A DNA stretch of 62,953 nucleotides, counting the filler, from Chiloscyllium plagiosum (Eukaryota), in assembly GCF_004010195.1 (NCBI RefSeq). It is 3 parts of 2 records of this genome, joined end to end, with 100 filler letters (N's around TTAATTAATTAA, not from the genome) between each part and the next. Parts side by side here need not be neighbours in the genome. Positions count along the whole stretch, not along the records: positions 1 to 31,560 come from NC_057710.1; positions 31,661 to 60,108 come from NC_057710.1; 1 more part is not named here. One strand, 5' to 3'. Position numbers and translations under genes: made by a program. Shown here piece by piece: positions 25,948 to 37,334 of the stretch. The notes under the pieces were generated by a model. The model saw only the letters and a list, made by a program, of their open reading frames with translations, was not told the DNA's origin and did no database searches. How positions within the stretch are numbered: the stretch's first letter is position 1; every line of letters starts with the position of its first letter.

Positions 25948-26359
25948 TTTAACTTTGTGGTTGGATAGCCAGAAAACTCTGTCAGTATTGAATACCTGTG
26001 AACAGAGAATACTACATATAAACTTCAATTTTCATTTCCTCTTTGTCGTTCTACCAGTTAAGAATGCTTTTATCCCAGTATAAATCTTCTTTAAGTCCTC
26101 TACCTCGTATATATTTCCTCGTACTTGAATTACAGTACGAGGACATACAGCACAGAATCAGAATATCCAAGACCAGAACTCAACGCGAAAAGGGGGCAAA
26201 GAGGTGATAGTTTTAGACATCGAACAGATAAAACCAGAATACTACATAGTTAAATTGTGATATCAAAACGAGAAAACAGATGGCAGAAACTTATACTCTC
26301 CAATGTGGTGAATTTGGTGGCAGGAGGACATTTAATCAAGTAAAATTTCAACATTTTCA

Positions 26360-26497
26360 TGAGTTCTGAGGAAGGGTTACTCGAGCTGAAATATTAATTC
26401 TGATTTATCTCCGCAGATGCTGCCAGACCTGCTGAGCTTTTCCAGCAGTATATTTTTGCTTCTGATTTACAGCATCTGCAGTTCTTTCAGTTTTTGC
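26360..26497 (+). mobile_element. Solo PLE terminal-repeat fragment (second subfamily), 12-bp target duplication
   Basis: tcaacattttca at 26348-26359 and 26498-26509. Decayed hammerhead ctgaggaagggttactcgagctgaaat. Confidence 0.85.
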
Positions 26498-27065
26498 TCA
26501 ACATTTTCAAGCTGTAATGAAATATTTGGCCAATTTCCATCTTAAGAAAATTTAAGAAATGACATAAATCTCAGCAGAATTGAATTGTAATAATAACTCT
26601 CAACTTTCTTGAATAAACTGTTCATAAACTAGCCATTTTCCTGCTATTCCTTCCTTGACTTCCCTAGTTGATTGTTTGATTGGCCATTCCATTCCATCCA
26701 GGTCACCACAATACTAGTTTATCACCTTCGTGTCAATCATTATTTTGAGAGTTGGTGGGTGGTTTCACAGCCTGATGCTCTTCCTGCTGTTACATCTCCC
26801 AATTTATGTGAAATGGGGGCCTTAGCAATGCACATTAGCTTGCCGGCACTTGTGGCTGTGAAATGCCCAACTCCCTTGTAGATCAAAATTCCCCCAAAAC
26901 TAGCCTTCAATATCGTCTGGATATGGAGGTGCCACTGATGGACTAGGGTGGATGAAGTCAGAAGTCACAACACCAAGTTATAGTCCAACAGATTTATTTG
27001 AATTCACAAGCTTTGCGAGGGCTGCTCCTTTGACAGTTCAAGTCACATTTCAAATAAACAGGTTG

Positions 27066-28361
27066 TTGAAAAATGTGGTGCTGGAAAAACATAGCAGGCC
27101 AGGCAGCATCCGAGGAGCAGGAGAATCGACGTTTCGGGCATAAGCCCTTCTTCAGGAATGAGGCTGGTGTGCCAAGCGGGCTGAGATAAAAGATAGGGGG
27201 AGGGGCGCTGGGAATANNNNNNNNNNNNNNNNNNNNNNNNNNNNNNNNNNNNNNNNNNNNNNNNNNNNNNNNNNNNNNNNNNNNNNNNNNNNNNNNNNNN
27301 NNNNNNNNNNNNNNNNNNNNNNNNNNNNNNNNNNNNNNNNNNNNNNNNNNNNNNNNNNNNNNNNNNNNNNNNNNNNNNNNNNNNNNNNNNNNNNNNNNNN
27401 NNNNNNNNNNNNNNNNNNNNNNNNNNNNNNNNNNNNNNNNNNNNNNNNNNNNNNNNNNNNNNNNNNNNNNNNNNNNNNNNNNNNNNNNNNNNNNNNNNNN
27501 NNNNNNNNNNNNNNNNNNNNNNNNNNNNNNNNNNNNNNNNNNNNNNNNNNNNNNNNNNNNNNNNNNNNNNNNNNNNNNNNNNNNNNNNNNNNNNNNNNNN
27601 NNNNNNNNNNNNNNNNNNNNNNNNNNNNNNNNNNNNNNNNNNNNNNNNNNNNNNNNNNNNNNNNNNNNNNNNNNNNNNNNATATATTTCCCTCTCCACCC
27701 CTATCAGCATTCAGGAAAGACCACTCCCTCCGCGACTCCCTCGTCAGGTCCACACCCCCCACCAACCCAACCTCCGCTCCCAGCACCTTCCCCTGCAACC
27801 GCAAGAAGTGCAAATCTTGCGCCCACACCTCCCCCTCAGCTCCCTCCAAGGCCCCAATGGATCCTTCTATACCTGTCACAAATTTACCTGCACCTCCACA
27901 CACATCATTTACTGTATCTGCTGCACCCGATGTGCTCTCCTCTACATTGGGGAGATAGGCCGCCTACTTGCGGAACATTTCAGGGAACACCTCTGGGACA
28001 CCCGCACCAACCAACCCAACCGCCTCGTGGCTGAACACTTTAACTCCCCTTCCCACTCCGCCAATGACATGCAGGTCCTTGGCCTCCTCCATCGCCAACC
28101 CTGGCCACACGACGGCTGGAGGAGGAGTGCCTCAACCTCCGCCTAGGAACCCTCCAACCACACACAATGAATGTAGATTTCTCCAGCTTCCTCATTTTCC
28201 CTCCCCCCACCTTATCTCAGTCCCAACCCTTGGATTCAGCACCGCCCTCTTGACCTGCAATCTTCTTCCCGACCTCTCCGCCCCCATCCCCTCTCCGGCC
28301 TATCACCCTCACCACCTTGCACCTATCGTATTCCCAGCGCCCCTCCCCCAAATTCCCTCCG
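27066..28361. mobile_element. Penelope-like element: minus-strand terminal repeat, gap, then plus-strand GIY-YIG endonuclease and 3' region
   Basis: ORF 27808-28146 has FTCTSTHIIYCICCTRCALLYIGE.GR.L.E.FREH (PLE GIY-YIG with the CxxC insert). Intact minus-strand hammerhead at 27128-27155. Confidence 0.9.
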
Positions 28362-29251
28362 NNNNNNNNNNNNNNNNNNNNNNNNNNNNNNNNNNNNNNN
28401 NNNNNNNNNNNNNNNNNNNNNNNNNNNNNNNNNNNNNNNNNNNNNNNNNNNNNNNNNNNNNNNNNNNNNNNNNNNNNNNNNNNNNNNNNNNNNNNNNNNN
28501 NNNNNNNNNNNNNNNNNNNNNNNNNNNNNNNNNNNNNNNNNNNNNNNNNNNNNNNNNNNNNNNNNNNNNNNNNNNNNNNNNNNNNNNNNNNNNNNNNNNN
28601 NNNNNNNNNNNNNNNNNNNNNNNNNNNNNNNNNNNNNNNNNNNNNNNNNNNNNNNNNNNNNNNNNNNNNNNNNNNNNNNNNNNNNNNNNNNNNNNNNNNN
28701 NNNNNNNNNNNNNNNNNNNNNNNNNNNNNNNNNNNNNNNNNNNNNNNNNNNNNNNNNNNNNNNNNNNNNNNNNNNNNNNNNNNNNNNNNNNNNNNNNNNN
28801 NNNNNNNNNNNNNNNNNNNNNNNNNNNNNNNNNNNNNNNNNNNNNNNNNNNNNNNNNNNNNATTGAAATTCAATGGTGGGATTCAAACTCAGGTTCCAAC
28901 AATATTAGCTAGATCTCTAGATTTCTAGTCTAGCGACAATATCAATAGGCAAACACCTTGCCATATTTTCTAGATATTTTTGAATCAACCTGTTCAGAGA
29001 TGTTATTACTCACCTCTGGAGCAGGTGTGACTAGAATCTGGGATGCCTTATTCAGAGCTATGGATTATACCACCTATATTACCAGAGTCAGTGGAGCTCA
29101 GAAGTAATTCATTGGCTGTGAAGCAATCTGGGGCATCATCAGATCATGGCAGCAAATTATTTTCTGTGACAGACCACCACGCTTGCATAAAACAGTGACA
29201 CAGTATAAATTATTTATATTTTTGGTAAAGAAGTATGTCAATGTGGAAACA

Positions 29252-30226
29252 TGATTTGGAGGAGCCAGTTTAGACTGGGGTGGACAAAGTTAAAAATCAC
29301 ACAACACCAGGTTATAGTCCAACACCTTATTAGATGGTTGTGAAGCAGGACCATAAGACACAGAATTTATAGCAAAAGATTATGTCATTTCAGCTTCATG
29401 AAACTGTATTGAACAAACATAGATTGTTAAGTCTTTCATCTTTTAGAATGGGTTTGCTGTTTTTGGATCTTTAATATGTAAATTTCAGAACTTCTTATAA
29501 GTCACATTCTCAAGTTAACTTAAGGTTTTATAATAAAAGGTGATATCTCAGCTCAGACAATTTCTTAAAGGTGTGAGGTTAGAATCTGTCTGTATCCCAA
29601 TCATGACTCAGACTGGTTTTATTTACAAAGTGGAATTTATACAATATTACATGGATTGACTGTCTGCAGGTTTTGCATTTTTGAGCAAAATAGAATAATG
29701 TGAGTATGAGTGCACATGAGAGAGTGTGCAAGCTTGGTGAAGTGTGTGTGTGATGGGGTATAAACCTGTGAGAGGGTGCGTGTATGGGTGTGCATGCTTG
29801 TGCATATGAGAGAGAGCAAGTGATTGTGTGAGAGAGAGGTGAGTGAGAGAGAGAGAGAAATAGAACCAGTCTGACTCAAGATTGGGATATAGACAAACTC
29901 TAACCTCACACCTCTAAGGCATTGTCTGAGCTGAGATGTCACCTTTTGTTATAAAACCTCAAGTTATCTTGAGAATGGGATTTAAAAGTTCTGGTATTTA
30001 CATATTAAAGATCCGCAAACAGCAAACCCATTCTAGAAGATGAAAGACTTAATAATCTAGGTTTGTTCAATATACCATTTCAGCTGCATGACACTGCAAT
30101 CTTTTGCTATAGGTTCTGGGTCTTATGGTCATGCTTCACACCCACCTGATGAAGAGGCAGTGCTTCGTAATGTGGTGCTTCCAAATAAATGTGTCTGACT
30201 ATAACCTGGTGTTGTGTGATTTTTAA
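29252..30226. mobile_element. ~1-kb fold-back element (probable second PLE family) with a GT/GA microsatellite core and 13-bp target duplication
   Basis: Arms ~29289-29625 and ~29857-30227 are diverged reverse complements. caatgtggaaaca occurs at 29239-29251 and 30227-30239. Decayed ctgatgaag...cgtaa motif at 30146. Confidence 0.8.
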
Positions 30227-31251
30227 CAATGTGGAAACAGGTCTGCTTGTATACAAAAGCTGGAAACTTGCATGCTCAAATTGCCTTGCTGTATTCTGTA
30301 GTATAGGACAATAAAGCTATTCTGTACATGTCAAATGACACTCTTTAAAGTGGACTAGCAACTGGATACACAAAAGAACCAACCTAAAGTACCATCTGTA
30401 TATTACACAACAGAATCAATGCAAATGGTGTTTCTCTCTCCCACATGAAGTTGTCAAACAGAAATATTTGGCAGTTCATCTCTTCCTATAGAGAAAAAGT
30501 GAACTGGGCATTGCAAATCTAGTTAAACTAAGAATTAATGCCCAAGTGTTTTCAAATGATTTATCAACGACTAGAAAAAGATAGGGATACCAAGAACACT
30601 TCTTCAAAATCATCTTTAAAGCTATCTGAGCAGTAATCAACTTAAAATAATGTTACATGAGGCAAACATCTTAAAACAAATATTGTACTGAACAAAACTG
30701 TACTTTTTAAAAGCTATAATATATATTTAAGTCTATACTCTTAAGTAGCTTGAAACAGGAATTATCCAGTTGACCAAAGCTACTTTCACCAAAAGTAGAA
30801 ATCAGTTTTACATTCTAACAATGCTCAATTTTAAATGTTGCAGTCAGAGGAGGTAAACGTTCTACTTTCATGTTGAGCACAGAAAACACTCAAGCAATTA
30901 TTACTTTTGCTAATTTGGAAAGGGTTTGACTAAATGCATTGCCTTCAGTTGGGAAACATTCATGTTCAAACTCACAAATGGACCTGAAAATGTTCCTTTG
31001 AAAATAATTCAACAAAATAGCTGTACATTAAACTAAGCGATCCATTGCAGTGCCAAAACAAAGATGCAGGTTCACACCCATTCCTCTTGAATAGTAGAGT
31101 GGGAAATAGGGAAAATAATAAAAGGTATTTAAACTCATTAGGGACCTCAACAAAGTAGATATGGACAAACTATTCCATAGTGAAAGGACCAAGAAGACGA
31201 GAGCACAAATTTAAAGAAAAAAAGCAGCAAAATTTTAAAAATGAAATGACA

Positions 31252-32275
31252 GGGAGATTTGCTGGAGCTGCTCGGGAGGATTTAAACTAGTACAGTGGGG
31301 GTTAGGACCCAGGGAGATAGTGAGGAAAGAGATCAATCTGAGACTGGTACAAGTGAGAACAGAAGTGAGTCAAACAGTCAGGGCAGGCAGGGACAAGGTA
31401 GGACTAATAAATTAAACTGCATTTATTTCAATGCAATGGTCCTAACAGGGAAGGCAGATGAACTCAGGGCATGGTTAGGAACATGGGACTGCGATATCAT
31501 AGCAATTACAGAAACATGGCTCAGGGATGGGCAGGACTGGCAGCTTAATGTTCCAGGATANNNNNNNNNNNNNNNNNNNNNNNNNNNNNNNNNNNNNNNN
31601 NNNNTTAATTAATTAANNNNNNNNNNNNNNNNNNNNNNNNNNNNNNNNNNNNNNNNNNNNTGGTCAGAGTATTGAGTACAGGAGTTGGGAGGTCATGTTG
31701 CGGCTGTACAGGACATTGGTTAGGCCACTGTTGGAATATTGCGTGCAATTCTGGTCTCCTTCCTATCGGAAAGATGTTGTGAAACTTGAAAGGGTTCAGA
31801 AATGATTTACAAGGATGTTGCCAGGGTTGGAGAATCTGAGCTACAGGGGGAGGCTGTACAGACTGGGGCTGTTTTCCCTGGAGCATCAGAGGCTGAGGGG
31901 TGATCTTATAGAGGCTTACAAAATTATGAGGGGCATGGATAGGATAAATAGACAAGTCTTTTCCCTGGGGTCGGGACTCCAGACCTAGAGGGCATAGGTT
32001 TAGGGTGAGAGGAGAAAGATACAAAAGAGACCTAAGGGACAACTTTTTCACGCAGAGGGTGGTACGTGTATGGAATGAGCTGCCAGAGGAAGTGGTGAAG
32101 GCTGGTACAATTGCAACATTTAAGAGGCTTTTATATGGGTATATGAATAGGAAGGGTTTGGAGGGATACGGGCCGGGTGCTGGCAGGTGGGACTAGATTA
32201 GGTTGGGATATCTGGTTGGCATTGATGGGTTGGACCGAAGGATCTGTTTCCATGCTGTACATCTCTATGACTCTA
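31252..32275 (+). mobile_element. CR1-type LINE: APE start and 3' end either side of a 100-bp scaffold gap
   Basis: ORF 31295 has LNCIYFNA...KADEL...DIIAITETWL. Family 3' tail at ~32275. Confidence 0.95.
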
Positions 32276-35200
32276 AGACCTTCAAAGAGATTTTTAAAAA
32301 GAAAGAGTACTCAACGGTTCAGTAAAGCCCATTATCCCATCACCTTCTCACACATGTCCCGCTTCCCAACTCCTCACCACTCTTGCAACAGTGCTGCTGC
32401 CTTGTTCCTAAATCCTCAACTCATTCACTCAAAAGCAACCCTCCCCAAAATATTCCACACTCATTTGGCAGCTCTTCCGTCCAAAGCCCCTGCCACCCAT
32501 CCACTCAGCAGCTCTCCTACCTTCACTCAGTCACCAGCCACACTTGGAACTTCTCTTCTTGTCCCTGACTCTGGTTGTGAAACCCTGCTGAAACATGGGC
32601 TCCACTGCTCCCTTCACCTTGGAGCTTGCCAGACTCCCTAGCTCTAACAAATGGCCAGCAGAAAATTATATGTCCTCCAGGTGCAATGGGTCACAGCATC
32701 AAATATCGATTAGTGCAAGACCAAATGCAGCTTTCTGGAGTCGTGCTCTGCACCTTATTATGAGTAGAGATTTTCCTGGCAGAGAATATTTCCTCCTGAT
32801 TTTGGCCACTTTGAAGATGGCAGTTTGAAAGGTAAAAGAAAGAATTAAACAGGGAGAATTTCATCATTCAAAAGTGGGAAATCCACCAGCAGCAAAACTT
32901 TCTCATCCCTGTACCTAATTCTATACTGTCCCTGGCCCCTCAAGAGGAATACCCTTTCAGCATTCATAATGTCACAGCCCCTCAAAATCTTATATATTTC
33001 AATAAGAACATCTTTTGCTCATTATAATCCAATGTGTATAGGGCTAACTTGCTCAATTTTACTCCTATTACAGTGCCTTCATCTTGGGAACCAATCTAGT
33101 GAAAAGGGTAAAGAAACAGTAGTCTATAACAAACACCATGTAAATTAAGTGAAGGTAAACTCAATACGTAGGAATATCATTAATATCAGCACACAACTCA
33201 ACCTTTTACCCTCCAACATCCATTCACAAACAGTGGTCAAGATATTGTGTAAAACATAACCATTGGTATGCACTTGGTTGTTGACATTTTTAAATGTCAT
33301 TGTCATCCAACATTCCTACATATTTTTGCATCACATCTTGCACTCCCTGCTTGATCCCTTACCTCAAATTATAAGCCTCAGAAAACAAAACATGCATTTG
33401 AGAGATAAAAAATGGAGGCTGACTATTATTGTAAGGAATACATTTTGTGGTTAAAAAGATGGTGGGGAGTAGGTAGACGACTTTCCCCCCTTATGTAGTG
33501 CCTCATGATTGAGGATGACTTGCTTCTACATTAAAAATGAGGTTTCTGGTGACTGAAGACTCCAATATATGCCTTACAGTCTCTGCCACAGGCGATTCAG
33601 AATGCAGAGAGTGCCACTTGCTCCTTTTTCAGCTTGGTATTGGCCATGAGACTTGAGGTGTATAGATCTTTCTCAGATTCTTGCCCTTCACCTTGGTGCC
33701 ATGGGCCAGGTTTCCCAAGTGTTGATGGGGATGTTGCACTTTTTCAAGGAGGCTTTGAGGGTATGTTTTAAGTGTTTCCTTTGCCTTTCTGCAGTAGTTA
33801 GAGAACATGCTAAAAGAATGCAGACAGAATGGAGAAGGATCCTTCATAATCCCTTGCATCTTATAGTGCCTAAAGACTTGAGATTTAAGAGGCCAGGGAC
33901 AAGAGTTGGGCCCATCCCCTGCATTTCTCTTATAGTTGTCCGACAGTGAATATCATACTCATCATGCCCCTAAGAGGATGAAATTTGCATTCGCAGAAAA
34001 ATAAATCTATTTATTGTAAACAAATATATTACTTCACAACTGGTTAAAAAATTTAATTATTTATTTACTGCTAAGCTCTTGTCTTTTAAAACACCAAGCG
34101 TGCATACATTCATTCATAAATAACAGACAAAAGCAGAGACTGTGACACAAATATTGAATGGGAAAAGATAGATAGGGAAAAACAAATTCTGACCACGAAG
34201 AGTCATAGAGTCATACAGGACAGAAACAGACCACTTGGTGCAACTGATCCATCTAAACTAGTCCAACTTGCCTGCTCACAGTCCATATCCCGCCAAACTT
34301 TTCCTATGCCTGCACTTACCCAAATGTCTTTGGCTGAACAGTTATTGCTCAGTTCTTCAAATCTTAGGAGTGATGAAATGATATCTACTGATTGACGGTC
34401 GACCTTCCAATCAATAGCTGGGTTAATTGGATTGACCTAGGTCTTTTCTTGAATTTGCATTTAGGTTATTTTTGTCTTTTCATGCTGAAAAATGATGAGA
34501 ACTATTTCTTGTTTACAGGCTTCTGATTCTTCTGAGTGCACAGTTTTCACAAATCTGTAACAAACTCCAGGTGGACTAATCCACAACCTGGCATTAGGCA
34601 GCTTTGCCTGACTCCTGGTGATATCTTATAAAGTGTCAATCTCACTGTTACAAGAAGTAACAATCTTATACATTTAAATGCACTCCATACAATCCTCCTT
34701 AACTTCAAGTTTCAGAAAAAAACCTTCTGGTACTTTTTAGCAAATAGCAGTATCCAAATTCTATTTTCTAGTGTATTGTCTAGAAGGAAAAGTACGTGGT
34801 CACTTATAGATAGCCTTCTCTATCACAAGCCAAGTTGGAGTTGAGCTGAGATGGTGCCAAGTTGCATGTTGCGCAATGGAGTCGAGCACGCTTACAATGA
34901 GGACAGGGGGATGAATCTTATAGGAGGCTGAACAATGTAGACTTTAGCAAGATTTGTGACAATTGCGTGAGAAGCTTGGAGAGGCCTATCTGAGTGTCAG
35001 GAGCAACTTACTGCATCTTTTAATACATCTGTCAAGGCAAGGTGAGTTGCCAATTAAAAGGGAGTACAGCTCTTTAAATCCCTTATAAATCGCACAACCG
35101 GTCTCTGTAACATTAACTTCTTATTTTACTAAACACGACATTAAGAATTTAGGACATGGAAGTCATTGTGAGTACCTGGTAGCTTCAGCTTACTGCTTGC

Positions 35201-35359
35201 TTCAAATAACTTCCATATTGGATAATTGACACTAACCTCTGGGACATGCTCAAAGGGCACTGACCACATGTACCTAATATTCACTGACATCGCCATCTGA
35301 CATATGCTATGCTCGAAGAACTCTCATGGCACATCTCCAATCTACTTTCAGTACTTCCA

Positions 35360-35465
35360 AAGAGCGGGTACAGAGGATGCGATGTGGCCTCCTCTATATT
35401 GGGGAGACAGGCCGCCTACTTGCGGAGCGTTTCAGAGAACACCTCTGGGACACCCGGACCAACCA
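35360..35465 (+). mobile_element. Short Penelope endonuclease fragment between 41-bp direct repeats
   Basis: Translates as RCGLLYIGETGRLLAERFREHLWDTRTNQ and matches 27928-28015. Confidence 0.9.
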
Positions 35466-35699
35466 AACTCTCATGGCACATCTCCAATCTACTTTCAGTA
35501 CTTCCACATTTCAATTCTATCCCTCAGATTGCACCAGCAACTATCATTGTAACATAACTGAAAGGAGAATAGGCATCCAGGACACATATCCAACACATGG
35601 TCTGAACTAGGCTGCACCTCCGGCCTGCTTGCTGGTCTTCATAGTGTTCATTTGTTTTGCGCCTACCAAGTTGCTTGCAACATCCCTGTCTTGCAATGC

Positions 35700-36370
35700 C
35701 TTTTGCATAGCACCCTCTCAGCCAGTGATACCATACTGACAGTACTGCTGTATTGTTCTGCCAGTTAGCGTATACACAGTCATGGCTCCTAAAATCAAGG
35801 AATATAGCCTTTGCTCAGGGTGTCTAGCACAAGAAGTCATTGACAGCCTACAATATTAGTCCAGGAGCTTAGAAACAAACAGTTAGTCAGCTACTCAATG
35901 TAGTCCGAGTCTGGATACTCTCCATAAAAATGGTGAGCAGCCAAATAGCTCACCACTACCTCAACTCTTTCTACCCTGTCTGTGATTTTTCCAACATTGG
36001 TGTTGAAGTTCAGCTTGTTGTGTGGTGGAATTTGGGCCAGGAATTGGTTCAGCTTAATGTAAAATTCCTCATTGGTCTCATCTGCAACATCCACCATTGG
36101 GGGAGATGTGCTGAGCACTGTACTACATTGGTTCTGGGCAAGGCCGAGTCAGGGTCAAGAGATATTTGTTTATGGGGAGTCTTTTGGACAGGTGACGGGT
36201 TAATCTTTAAACTCTGATGAGCAAACAGTCTTATTCTAATTTATTTTCCCAACAGAAGGTGTAGCAACCACTTGTTCCTTGAACAGGCTTTGCCCTGATT
36301 GCGTGGTCTCACATAGGGCAGTGAGATCAACCTTGAAACATACAAGCTCCCAAACTCCTGTGTGGAAAAT
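35700..36370 (-). mobile_element. Old RTE-type LINE endonuclease remnant
   Basis: ORF 35891-36118 (P...ADETNEEFY..L.Q.L..IP.HNKL..FNTNVG) resembles the RTE APE motif APT...E.K..FY..L...IPK.D.L...GDFNARVG. Confidence 0.55.
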
Positions 36371-36433
36371 TACACTTCAACTCCACAACCAATGAGGAAA
36401 AGCCAACGGCTGGAGGGTAATGGAGAAGGTATG

Positions 36434-36750
36434 TGGGCGGCACGGTGGCACAGTGGTTAGCACTGCTGCCTCACAGCGCCCGAGACCCGTGTTCAATTCC
36501 CGCCTCAGGCGACTGACTGTGGAGTTTGCACCTTCTCCCCGTGTCTGTGTGGGTTTCCTCCGGGTGCTCCGGTTTCCTTCCACAGTCCAAAGATGTGCAG
36601 GTCAGGTGAATTGGCCATGCTAAATTGCCCGAAGTGTGAGGTAAGGGGTAAATGTAGGGGTATGGGTGGGTTGCGCTTCGGTGGGTCGGTGTGGACTTGT
36701 TGGGCTGAAGGGCCTGTTTCCACACTGTAATGTAATGTAATCTAATCTAA
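36434..36750 (+). mobile_element. HE1-type SINE, full length, young
   Basis: A box ggcacggtggcacagtgg, B box gttcaattcc, (taatg/taatc) tail with an A run, and aaggta on both flanks. Confidence 0.95.
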
Positions 36751-36988
36751 AAAAAAGGTAGTGGAGGATCAAACTATCAATGCTCTCAGTTCAGAGCTCT
36801 GAGAATCAAGAATAAAGATTCTATACTCAGTAAATACAAAAAAAATCTCCGATTTTTGAGCCTGGAAAAATTGCATTGTCTATTTACACTAGGTTTATAT
36901 ACAATTTATAATAGTAAATTTCTACAGGCAAGTTTTAGAACAGGCTAGCCATCTCTAAAGCAACTGAGATGAAAGTCGTAATGGCAAA

Positions 36989-37334
36989 GCTACTCCAAGA
37001 GATTGCCATGGATCAGTATCACAACATTCCTTGACAGAGCAGGTTAGAGACCAAAGTTGATGGTTACTTTCACTGATATAAACACAAAGTGCTGGAAAAG
37101 CACAACAGGTCTGTCAACATCTGTGGAGAGAGTTACGGAGTTCATGTTTCAAGCTGCCTGACCTGCTGCGCTACTCCAAGAGATTGCCATGGATCAGTAT
37201 CACAACATTCCTTGACAGAGCATGTTAGAGACCAAAGTTGATGGTTACTTTCACTGATATAAACACAAAGTGCTGGAAAAGCACAACAGGTCTGTCAACA
37301 TCTGTGGAGAGAGTTACGGAGTTCATGTTTCAAG
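36989..37334 (+). repeat. 165-bp tandem duplication with a 16-bp PLE-derived spacer
   Basis: 36989-37153 and 37170-37334 differ at one visible position. The spacer is ctgcctgacctgctgc. Confidence 0.9.
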
